Positions 7,585 through 15,720 of a stretch of DNA of 20,000 bases are shown here, piece after piece (within the stretch, counting starts at the first letter, position 1; each line of letters begins with the position of its first letter). Origin of the DNA: an uncultured virus (IMG/VR IMGVR_UViG_2061766007_000288). Lineage: Duplodnaviria; Heunggongvirae; Uroviricota; Caudoviricetes. Below the pieces are notes generated by a model. It searched no databases, was not told where the DNA came from, and saw only the letters and a program-made list of their open reading frames with translations. Made by a program: the position numbers and the translations under genes. The stretch is taken from IMG/VR virus record IMGVR_UViG_2061766007_000288; one strand, written 5' to 3'.

Positions 7585-9075
7585 CCTCGTAAAAAGTATA
7601 GAAAGTATAGGCGGAATAGCCTATGGCTTAAACATAGCAATTTACGGTTGTGTTGACAACATGGTTCCGTAGACGGTTAAAGAACTCGTCCACCAGTGCC
7701 GCCCTACCATCGCTGGTAAGTATGCACTGAGCATCCGTCCCACATAACTGCGGGGTTTCCTCGGTAGTTTCGCCACACCCCGAGAGGGATGTGGCCAGAG
7801 CCACCAAGTCCGCTGGCGTGAATTTCCGACGGGCAACGTCGGTATTGAATCTTATCTTGAGTTCGCAGAACAGGGCTTCCGCAAGGATATTGATGGCGCC
7901 ATTGACATCACGGTCGATAGCCAACCCGCACTCCTCACAGATATATTCCCGTTCGGACAGGGAAAGGTCCTCTTTCCGTCCACCGCATCCGGAACATGTC
8001 TTGCTTGACGCGAACCAACGGTCCACGAAAAGCAGCAACGTTCCGAGCTTCCTGCACTTGTATTCGAGAAATCTCCTTATCATCCCGAACCCACAGTCCG
8101 CTATCGCGGAGGCAAGCCTGTGGTTTGACATCATACCCTTAACGTTCAGGTCCTCGATGGCTATCACCATGTTGTCTCGGACCATCTCCGTAGTCGCCTT
8201 GTGGATTGCATCCTTACGGTAATTGGCGACATACGAATTCTTCTTGTTGAATAATTTCTTAACTCTTTTGTATTTGGATGACCCCTTCCTGCGACGGCTC
8301 ATGCGCCGCTGGTACCGTTTCAACGCCTTCGCATGCTTGCGAAATATCTTGGCATTCAGGTAGGTGGTGCCATCGTTCTTGGTAATCAGGCTCTTAACAC
8401 CGAGGTCGTATCCCGCTATCCCGTTGCTGGTAAGATTATTCTTTATAGCAGTCTCGTCATAGGTGTAGGATATCGAGACGTACCACTCCCCGTTACTTTC
8501 TTTGGAAATGGTATAGTTATTTATCTTTCCGTCAAGGCATTCTTTGCATACAGTCTCCGCCAGCTTGACCTGTTTCTTTATCATCGGCAGCTTGATGAAT
8601 TGTGCATTAACAAGACGAGCCTGATCGTTCTCTATGTAGAATGCACGCTTCGAGGTATATTTCTTCCGCTTAGGAAAACCGAACTGTTTCGGGTTCTCGT
8701 AGTGCCTCTTCTTCGCCTGGCAGAAGTTCTTGATTGCCTGGTCCATGGAGCCTTTCGGGCTCTCGTACATCCAGTCCAGCTTCTCCGCATTGAACTCCTT
8801 ACGGAGCTCTGCACAGGTAACGCTTTCCTGACCGGCCTTCTTTTTCTCGAACCACCTGTCCCTCGCCCAGTTATATGCATAGCGGGCACAACCGCATGCA
8901 CGGTTAAGAACATGCGCTATCGAACTGTCCGTCTTCAGCATTATCTTCTGGGAACTGGTTTGCATACAAAAAGTAAATGTCCCAGCAACGCCTATTGTGG
9001 TATTTAACGCTGCCGGGACATTCAAAACTGTTTAGTATTCAATACAAGAAATACCACTAACTTGTATCAATACAT
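7585..9075 (-). mobile_element. Putative non-autonomous tnpB-only element; boundaries uncertain
   Basis: No tnpA adjacent. 3' side has a hairpin (7607-7624) and a tandem 9-mer AAAGTATAG (7593-7610). 5' side has a 15-bp hairpin (8976-9022) and an imperfect inverted repeat (9035-9073). Confidence 0.5.
7628..8965 (-). CDS. tnpB: TnpB RNA-guided endonuclease (IS200/IS605 or IS607 family), catalytic residues intact
   Basis: N-terminal HTH (RACGCARYAYNWA), RuvC-I GYDLG, RuvC-II IAIEDLNV, Zn finger SSKTCSGC..CEEC, RuvC-III IDRDVNGA. Start at ATG 8965 (MQTSSQK). Confidence 0.93.
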   Translation of the reverse strand: MQTSSQKIMLKTDSSIAHVLNRACGCARYAYNWARDRWFEKKKAGQESVTCAELRKEFNAEKLDWMYESPKGSMDQAIKNFCQAKKRHYENPKQFGFPKRKKYTSKRAFYIENDQARLVNAQFIKLPMIKKQVKLAETVCKECLDGKINNYTISKESNGEWYVSISYTYDETAIKNNLTSNGIAGYDLGVKSLITKNDGTTYLNAKIFRKHAKALKRYQRRMSRRRKGSSKYKRVKKLFNKKNSYVANYRKDAIHKATTEMVRDNMVIAIEDLNVKGMMSNHRLASAIADCGFGMIRRFLEYKCRKLGTLLLFVDRWFASSKTCSGCGGRKEDLSLSEREYICEECGLAIDRDVNGAINILAEALFCELKIRFNTDVARRKFTPADLVALATSLSGCGETTEETPQLCGTDAQCILTSDGRAALVDEFFNRLRNHVVNTTVNCYV

Positions 9076-9184
9076 AAAGTTTATAACATCTCATTAAGAA
9101 ATATAGATATTTTCACCAATTTAATTCTTACATATTACTTACATTTTCGTATTTATATAGTTTTGATAACTAATATCGTACTAA

Positions 9185-9315
9185 AACACGAAACTGCGGC
9201 CTTGCAGGGGCGTCCCCCTGCTCGACCGCAGCCTCCGAGGACCCTTCGATGACACACATCAGCCGTTTAGACTCCTTGCGGAGGGCCGACACACATCATA
9301 GTAGGAATCCTCTTC
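9185..9315 (-). ncRNA. Candidate structured non-coding RNA of unrecognised family
   Basis: GC-rich island in an AT-rich gap. Minus-strand pairing: 9312-9305 with 9244-9237; 16 bp 9299-9284 with 9264-9249 (7 G-U pairs); CUCC-GCAA-GGAG hairpin; then a second long hairpin 9231-9194 followed by UUUCGUGUUUU. Confidence 0.55.
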
Positions 9316-9348
9316 GTTAATTTTGTATCATTTTTAGAATGACTACCA

Positions 9349-10326
9349 CTACCTAGATCCCGTCGAGCCGAAACCACCCCTAGACGGATCGGTCATCTTC
9401 CCTTCTACAAAGGCAATTTTCGGCTGGCGTTCCATAATACGGAACTGGCAAATCTTATCATCCTTGTTGATAACGGTGTCGCGCATGGCGATGACGGACA
9501 TCTTCCACCAATCTTCTGGACCAGAATAGGAATTGTCAATGATACCAACATGGTTAGCCTGGATAATACCCCACTTCTTGAATGTAGAAGAACGCGGAAC
9601 AATATGGGCTTCGTAGCCTTCCGGGAGCTTCATGGCCACGCCGAGGTGGATGAGCTTGTGTTCGCCCTGCTTCAACTCGACCGTTTCTGCAGCATACATG
9701 TCGATCCAGTCGCCCTTCTTTTCAATGGAAAGGCGCTTCACGCTGTCGTTGAGGTACTGAACGGTGATCTTCATTCCATCGGGCTCGGGCTCGGGCTTAA
9801 AGGCAGTTTTCAGCTTATCTTCCATATTCCCTAGTTCGACTTCCATGTCAGGACCGTCCTCGATAGAAAATGTGCCGAGACCGTTAATGAAGATTTTGGC
9901 ATTCTTCATACCGCTCTCCACTGAAGTCACGAAATCCAAGGATCCGATCATGATGTTGTCACGTAACATGCCTGTCACCGGGTGGTCCCTGTCCATGCCG
10001 CACATGGTGAGACATATATCGTATTTGGCGAGANNNNNNNNNNTAAAGGCAGTTTTCAGCTTATCTTCCATATACCCGAGATCGACTTCCATGTCAGGAC
10101 CGTCCTCGATAGAAAATGTGCCGAGACCGTTAATGGAGATTTTGGCATTCTTCATACCGCTCTCCTCTGAAGTCACGAAATCAAAGGATCCGATCATGGT
10201 GTTGTCACGTAAAATTCCTGTCACCGGGCGGTCCCTGTCCATGCCGCACATGGTGAGACATATATCGTATTTGGCGAGAACTTCGCGGATTCTTTTGTTG
10301 ATATTTGTGATAACAATGTTACTCAT
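9349..10326 (-). CDS. dut: Trimeric dUTPase (9349..9774) fused via a PEPEPDG linker to an unknown N-terminal domain that appears twice around an N gap
   Basis: GDWIDMYA, IVPRSS, GIIDNSYSG, KICQF and SRGGFGSTG correspond to dUTPase motifs I-V. Confidence 0.92.
   Translation of the reverse strand: MSNIVITNINKRIREVLAKYDICLTMCGMDRDRPVTGILRDNTMIGSFDFVTSEESGMKNAKISINGLGTFSIEDGPDMEVDLGYMEDKLKTAFXXXXLAKYDICLTMCGMDRDHPVTGMLRDNIMIGSLDFVTSVESGMKNAKIFINGLGTFSIEDGPDMEVELGNMEDKLKTAFKPEPEPDGMKITVQYLNDSVKRLSIEKKGDWIDMYAAETVELKQGEHKLIHLGVAMKLPEGYEAHIVPRSSTFKKWGIIQANHVGIIDNSYSGPEDWWKMSVIAMRDTVINKDDKICQFRIMERQPKIAFVEGKMTDPSRGGFGSTGSR
9798..10279. repeat. 236-bp near-identical duplication around an N gap (9798-10033 and 10044-10279), probably two haplotypes scaffolded in tandem
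   Basis: Manual alignment shows 10 substitutions; both copies abut the gap. Confidence 0.85.
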
Positions 10327-10341
10327 ATTGTTTCCTTTTGT

Positions 10342-11688
10342 TTAAAAATTCTTCCAATCCATCGGAAGCCAATTCTCTGCGAGTTCCACGGAGAACTTGC
10401 CGATTTCTTCCGGTGTATATGCCTTTTCCTTCAATCCGGATTCGGCAAACGCCTTGTTCACTTCCTTGCCAAGCTCGCTGATGTAGTCGATGATGTCATC
10501 AAACGTCCAATCACCGTTCTTGATGGCCAGGAGGAAGTCACGGTCATTGTTGTACGGATGCTTGTTGTAATCCATGCAGACCTTGTTGCAGAGGTCCCTG
10601 TCGGCACGGTAGACCGGGACGGTATGCTCGGTGGCGATACCGTAGGCGGTAAGAAGCAGACGGACACAGTGCATGATGTTCTTCGCATCATATCCCTGTC
10701 CATGCTTCAACGTGGTGTTGTAGCGTTCCTCATTACGGGCCTTGACCCAGTCCCAATACTCGTGCCACTTCTTGCACTTACGCGCAAAGTCGTTGCGGTT
10801 CACGAAGATATGGGCAACGGGGCTCAAACCCTTCGGGATGGAGTTGAGTTGGATATCATCGCTGCGCTCGATGTCACGGACGACACCATAGCCCCAACGC
10901 CACTTGTGCTCAGGAAGCTGACGGACACCCTTGAATACCTTGGAGAGGCATTTCCGGACGAATTCGCGGATACTGATGGACAGCGGCTTCTTCTGGAAAT
11001 ACATAGCGTAAATACAGTCGCCATGGTCGATACGGGCGATAGAGAACCAACGCTGCACTTCCTCCGGCTTGCCGCGATAGTTGGCCTTGACCCATTCCAT
11101 GAGTGGAGTGGCAAGGTTGCCATCGAGCACGTAGATGAAATCGACAAAGCGCGGCCTGTCTTTTGGCTGCGGGTCGAACACCTTCCTGTTCAGGCCCTTG
11201 GCGCGGTCAACCTGGCCACGGGCATACTCGCAGAACGACTTGTCACAGCGCATGGTGAGGAAGTCAAATCTCTGGCGGAGGATTTCCAGGATGGACTGGC
11301 CGATAAACACGCAGTGCCTCGGCGCATAGAGCATTTCGAGAGCCTGGGGATTTGCGGAGTTCAATTCGGTAAGGAACTTCGTGATGTCCCAGTAGACCTC
11401 GTTGTTCTTCTCGTCGGCAATCTGGCTAGGTGCATCGTGCTTTACACGCTCGCTCCATTTCAGGATATACACGCCGTGGATATCCACGTCGGATGTCTCG
11501 GTCGCGAGACCGAACGACTGCGAACCCGCGGCAACCTTGATAAGGAGGATACCCTTTTCATGGACCCTCTTCTCGGTCTCGGACATGGCGCCATTGGTCA
11601 CCTGTTCTTCCCAGTAGCGTTCGAGTTCCTTCGAGAATGGTGGGAGTTCGGGTATATTGTTCTTTAAAATTTCGCTATTATCGTTCAT
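10342..11688 (-). CDS. Pol-beta superfamily nucleotidyltransferase, RlaP/YcgL-like (PF10127)
   Basis: AGSQSFGLATETSDVDIHGVY (GS..DxD), WDITKF..L..ANPQALEML, GYDAKNIMHCVRLL, LLAIKNG. Start at 11688 from promoter geometry. Confidence 0.85.
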   Translation of the reverse strand: MNDNSEILKNNIPELPPFSKELERYWEEQVTNGAMSETEKRVHEKGILLIKVAAGSQSFGLATETSDVDIHGVYILKWSERVKHDAPSQIADEKNNEVYWDITKFLTELNSANPQALEMLYAPRHCVFIGQSILEILRQRFDFLTMRCDKSFCEYARGQVDRAKGLNRKVFDPQPKDRPRFVDFIYVLDGNLATPLMEWVKANYRGKPEEVQRWFSIARIDHGDCIYAMYFQKKPLSISIREFVRKCLSKVFKGVRQLPEHKWRWGYGVVRDIERSDDIQLNSIPKGLSPVAHIFVNRNDFARKCKKWHEYWDWVKARNEERYNTTLKHGQGYDAKNIMHCVRLLLTAYGIATEHTVPVYRADRDLCNKVCMDYNKHPYNNDRDFLLAIKNGDWTFDDIIDYISELGKEVNKAFAESGLKEKAYTPEEIGKFSVELAENWLPMDWKNF

Positions 11689-11728
11689 GTTCAAAATATA
11701 GCAAAAATAATGGGCGGTGGAAACGCCC
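11689..11728 (-). promoter_or_regulatory. Promoter copy 3, predicted leaderless, overlapping a short terminator-like hairpin
   Basis: TTTCCA(11723-11718)-17 nt-TATATT(11700-11695)-6 nt-ATG(11688). Stem GGGCG/CGCCC (11712-11728) followed by ATTATTTTT. Confidence 0.75.
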
Positions 11729-11739
11729 GGGTATAATTT

Positions 11740-11954
11740 TTATGCAAGATTTACCGACAAAGGAACATGCCTTCGTCCCAAGGCTATCTCGTGCACTTTG
11801 GCAAGGTCATCAAAATTGAAATATCTGTCCATTCCATCCACCTGGTATGCACAGATCGGACATGTGCCGCGCTTGCATTCTACACGGTATTCCTCGTTTT
11901 TCCGAAGAATTTGAACATCACTTCCTTCGGAAACACGATTACGAACTTATCCAT
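11740..11954 (-). pseudogene. Small gene apparently frameshifted at an A5 run
   Basis: ATG 11954 (TGATG overlap) gives MDKFVIVFPKEVMFKFFGK. One extra A at 11897-11901 would continue it as NEEYRVECKRGTCPICAY...NLA* to TAA at 11740. Confidence 0.5.
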
Positions 11955-12445
11955 CATTTCACCACCTTTGCATCCTGGAACGCTTCTTGAAGTTTTTCAA
12001 CCAGTTCTTTTTCATATAGGCCGCTGAGAGAATCATTCGAATTACTGTATTCGAGATCGGTCAAGATGCGGAAGAACGAATCATTGAAACGGTCAGACTG
12101 AAAGTGATCGCGGAACTCCTTTGGAAGGGTTATCGTGAGCGTCAGTTCATGCTCATTGACTTCCAGACCGCGCAGCTTGGCAACCACGTCCTTGATGCTC
12201 ATTTCCTCGTCATCGTACCGGTACTTGTTGTGATATACCTCGACCGTGTGGGCATCGTCCTCCCACTGGACCGAACCGTCCGGACACGGGAACAGTTCCA
12301 TTTCGGGTGGGACAAACGGCTGCAGAATCTTGGCCCGCATGATGGTCTCATGAGTAATGGCCTCGTTCGGACGCCCGTCGCCGGACATGTCGTACCACCC
12401 AGGCTCAGCACAATCCTTCTCGATGCTGTCAAGTGTATTCCTCAT
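11954..12445 (-). CDS. Hypothetical protein
   Basis: Track ORF trimmed to ATG 12445 (MRNTLD), which forms a TAATG overlap with the upstream stop. Confidence 0.72.
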   Translation of the reverse strand: MRNTLDSIEKDCAEPGWYDMSGDGRPNEAITHETIMRAKILQPFVPPEMELFPCPDGSVQWEDDAHTVEVYHNKYRYDDEEMSIKDVVAKLRGLEVNEHELTLTITLPKEFRDHFQSDRFNDSFFRILTDLEYSNSNDSLSGLYEKELVEKLQEAFQDAKVVK

Positions 12446-13284
12446 TAGATAAGCACCTTCTTGAAAGCGTCGTAGTTTTCGGTGTCCGCACCGCGACAGT
12501 AGACGGCGAACTCGATTGCCTTGAAGCGCTTGCGGAATTCCGGCACGACTTCCTTGTAGGCCGATGCAACCACCTTCGGATCGTTGCGGAATGCCCCGCA
12601 CCCGAATGCACCGAGGATTACTACATCAACGAACTCCCGTGCAGCTGCACTCAGGATCTGACGGGCACGGGAGACATGGATGGCCTTCAATTCCTCGGGG
12701 GAGATATCCGGCGCCAGTTCACGTTCCTGGTTGTACTTGGAAATGTTCTTCTCGCGCAGGTTGGGTGCCGCGCAAGTGATTACGTCGATGAACACCGGTT
12801 CCGGGAGCCAGTCGTAGTCATCATTACGGAGAATTGCGACATTCGGCGTATAGATGATGTCGTCGTTGTGCAACGGGCCCACATTCTTGCGGTGCGGGTC
12901 ATAGAAACGGATATCGGCTTCCTTGGTCGTGAGGCACGGGTAGAGCGTGGTGCAGCGGCAGATGCATTCTTCCTGGGCGGACGAACCGGTCACGACACCG
13001 CCACCAGGACGGGTAGCGCTCGCGAAATTGAGTACGGCCACCTTGCCACTTGGATTGGCCTTCTTCCACCTCAGCGCACTGTCGATCGAACGGTCACGGG
13101 AAACCGTGACGGGACAATCGTCATCGTAAATGGGCGCGATGGACTTGATGTCCACCGGTTTCAAGTGGAACAACTGGTTCGAAATGGACTCGTTGATTAC
13201 CTTCCCTAGGGAGGCATCTCCCTTGATCTTGGCCATCGTATTCTCGAAGATGCCAATGTTGTAACTTCTGATGTCGTTATACAT
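12445..13284 (-). CDS. TIGR02452-family microbial PARG-like macrodomain protein
   Basis: VAVLNFASATRPGGG...SAQEECICR, IIYTPNV, VITCAAPN, ILGAFGCGAFRNDP. Start set at 13284 (MYNDIR). Confidence 0.92.
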   Translation of the reverse strand: MYNDIRSYNIGIFENTMAKIKGDASLGKVINESISNQLFHLKPVDIKSIAPIYDDDCPVTVSRDRSIDSALRWKKANPSGKVAVLNFASATRPGGGVVTGSSAQEECICRCTTLYPCLTTKEADIRFYDPHRKNVGPLHNDDIIYTPNVAILRNDDYDWLPEPVFIDVITCAAPNLREKNISKYNQERELAPDISPEELKAIHVSRARQILSAAAREFVDVVILGAFGCGAFRNDPKVVASAYKEVVPEFRKRFKAIEFAVYCRGADTENYDAFKKVLI

Positions 13285-13672
13285 TCTTTGATCCGCGGTT
13301 AATTTCCTTGATTTCATTGTTCTTTTCGGCAACCAGGTTGGCCACCTTCGTAAAGAAGGATTCCGTTTCCAGTTCAACCATGCGATGCTGATGTTCACAC
13401 ATCGTCACGAATTCGCGGGACAATGTTTTGCACGGAAGGAAGGAAAATGTCCTGGCGATTACCGTATTACGATACCAGGTATCAACGAAATTCAACTGAA
13501 TCTGCGCATTGAGGCACTTGAATGAACCGTTGGCGCATTCGCTAATCCAGAATTCCAGGCGCACGCCATCCTTTCCCTTAGTGAACCGCCTACGGTCACG
13601 GTCGGTCTCGAAACCGCATGCTGTCAACCAGTCCCCAAATTCCTGAATTTCTGACCATGTAGGTTTTGCCAT
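13277..13672 (-). CDS. Hypothetical protein
   Basis: ORF packed between the CCA and PARG genes; start MAKPTW lies 2 nt after the upstream stop. Confidence 0.7.
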   Translation of the reverse strand: MAKPTWSEIQEFGDWLTACGFETDRDRRRFTKGKDGVRLEFWISECANGSFKCLNAQIQLNFVDTWYRNTVIARTFSFLPCKTLSREFVTMCEHQHRMVELETESFFTKVANLVAEKNNEIKEINRGSKNV

Positions 13673-13674
13673 GA

Positions 13675-15023
13675 TTACCACATCCTGTTCATTGAATTGT
13701 ACCAGCCATCCTTAATGTTCTTATAGTCATCGAGGATGACTTCCCGCAGACGCTTGCCAAATTCCGGCCCTTCCTGAATACCTTCTGCAGCAACTTGCTT
13801 TCCGTATTCGGGTTCGCCCTTCCGGCAACGGGCAATGATTTCGCATATTGTCACCGCGCCATCGCCCAGGGCAGTTCCATACGGGTTCAGTTCGCGGTAC
13901 AGGTTGGTGATAATCCTGAATTCCGGGGAAGCGGCCATATCAACAGAATAGAGCAGCTTCTCATCGGCAAGGCCGAACTTGCCGGACATGATGCCGATAA
14001 GGCCATCCCTGATGCGTTCAGCCATACGGATTTCCTTGCGGGTACAGCGGAGCCATTCCATTGTCTTCTTCGGCAGCATGCAGATGAATACGGACATGAT
14101 TGTGTCTGCGTCCACGTTGCCGCGTACCAAGGTTTCCACCAGCATGCGCTGACGGTCGAAGCAGAAGCCGGCATCCTGGAAAATCGAACCGATACCGTAA
14201 TCGGACAGGTAACCAATCATGTTCACAAATGGCATAACTCCGTACTCGGCGCACTTGTGGAGCTCGTCATGGATACGTTCCATGGCAACGTTCTTTACAT
14301 GGTGGAGACGGCTACGCATCGCCAGCTTGGTAAGATCGTCAATCACGAAACCGAAACGGGCAGCAAATCGCATTCCACGAATGATACGGAGGGAATCCTC
14401 GGTCATGCGGTCATACGGGTTGCCCACTGCGCGGAGCCGACGGAACACCAGGTCATCGATGCCACCGAAGTAGTCTATGACATTGAGGTCCTTGTCCAGG
14501 CCCATCGCGTTGATTGTGAAGTCACGACGGGCGCAGTCCTCCTTGAAGGACTTGGTGAAATTCACAGAATCCGGGTGACGGCCGTCGGAGTAGTTGCCAT
14601 CGACACGAAACTGGGTCACCTCGAACACCAGGCCCTCGTAATGGACCAGGATGGTGCCNNNNNNNNNNTGAAATTCACGGAATCCGGGTGGCGACCGTCG
14701 GAGTAGTTGCCATCGACACGGAACTGGGTCACCTCGAACACCAGGCCCTCGTAATGGACCAGGATGGTGCCATGTGTCTCGCCGTTATTGGAATCGCAGC
14801 GGAAGGCAAGTCTCAGGTCCTCGATGGGCATGTTGGTCGCGATGTCCACGTCATGGACAGGGACTTCGGCATCGGTACCCGGAACCATGCCCAACTGGCG
14901 AATAACGAGGTCACGCACCGCACCGCCGGCAATGTATGCCTCGTGCTTGCGCTTGTGGATTTCGGCAAGAAGACCAATGCCCTTCCTGACGGTCTCCGAA
15001 ATGTACTTTTCTTCAATCTTCAT
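13675..15023 (-). CDS. cca: Class II tRNA nucleotidyltransferase (CCA-adding enzyme) lacking an HD domain; split in the ORF track by an assembly gap
   Basis: AYIAGGAVRDL..HDVDIAT (DxD), EVTQFR, EDCARRDFTINAM, EDSLRIIRGMRF (EDxxR), ERIHDEL, GPEFGK. Collapsing the 103-bp duplicate restores one ORF. Confidence 0.9.
14556..14771. repeat. 103-bp duplication around an N gap (14556-14658 and 14669-14771), probable haplotype/scaffolding artefact
   Basis: 4 substitutions, all synonymous in the cca frame. Confidence 0.88.
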
Positions 15024-15058
15024 GTCCCAAATGTAGCAAAAAGGTTGCCTTGCGGCAA
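15024..15058 (-). promoter_or_regulatory. Promoter copy 4, predicted leaderless
   Basis: TTGCCG(15058-15053)-17 nt-TACATT(15035-15030)-6 nt-ATG(15023). Confidence 0.8.
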
Positions 15059-15061
15059 CCT
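15038..15061 (-). terminator. Intrinsic terminator overlapping promoter 4
   Basis: AGGTTGCC-GCAA-GGCAACCT perfect 8-bp stem with a GNRA loop, followed by TTTT, 6 nt after the stop at 15068. Confidence 0.8.
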
Positions 15062-15067
15062 GCATGT

Positions 15068-15700
15068 TCATTCCCGTGGCATGGTGTAACTGTCCAGGAG
15101 ATTGACCTCTTCAGTATCCAGTAATTTCTTGGTTTTTTCCTGTGCCCGCAAACGGAACCTCTCGGCATCATCGAATTTCGTGAAAACCTTCTTTCCAACA
15201 AGACACCATGAGTCCATCATCTTCAAGACAACTACATATGACTTTTCCGGAATTTTTGCAGGAATTTCAAGCGGTGGCGATATCTTTCCTGGATGCAGAG
15301 GCAGTGGCATCCACCATTCGATGGAATGGCCCTCGTCGCCAGTCTGGGCATCCAGGCAACGGTCGCTATGCGTGACGATATTGTCCACATCGGAACGGTA
15401 TTCTCCCCAGTCCAGCATGCCATCTTCCCAAATTAGGAGGACATTCCCATCCTTCTCGGTCGGTTCACGATCTTCCATCGAAATCCACATGGAACCCGTA
15501 GCGCTTTCACGCTGATATGCAGCCAGCATCTTCCTCAAAACCGCATTTTCCTCTTCCAGACGGCTAAAATCGTTAATTGCGGTATCGGCGAGGCGCTTCA
15601 GGTGTTCAAGTTCGCTCTTATGAACCTCAACCCTGATATTCTGGGGGAGTTCCATGCCGGGCATTACCGGGTAATGTGGGGTCTTTTCGTTCTCATTCAT
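15068..15700 (-). CDS. DUF551-domain phage protein
   Basis: WISMEDREP...NVLL...IEWWMPLP, preceded by a coiled-coil-like segment. Confidence 0.75.
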   Translation of the reverse strand: MNENEKTPHYPVMPGMELPQNIRVEVHKSELEHLKRLADTAINDFSRLEEENAVLRKMLAAYQRESATGSMWISMEDREPTEKDGNVLLIWEDGMLDWGEYRSDVDNIVTHSDRCLDAQTGDEGHSIEWWMPLPLHPGKISPPLEIPAKIPEKSYVVVLKMMDSWCLVGKKVFTKFDDAERFRLRAQEKTKKLLDTEEVNLLDSYTMPRE

Positions 15701-15720
15701 GCTTTCATCCCTGATGCTGC

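Noticed and set aside
9150..9157. T4-like late promoter TATAAATA
   Set aside because: It is the only occurrence I noticed and lies in a very AT-rich stretch; unsupported without the rest of the genome.
9798..10279. DGR template/variable repeat pair
   Set aside because: Substitutions are not adenine-specific on either strand (t/a, t/g, t/a, a/g, a/t, c/a, a/g, c/a, g/t, t/c), no reverse transcriptase is in the window, and both copies abut an N gap.
14556..14771. Split or frameshifted cca, or a real internal duplication
   Set aside because: The duplicate flanks a 10-N gap with only synonymous differences; collapsing it restores one ORF.
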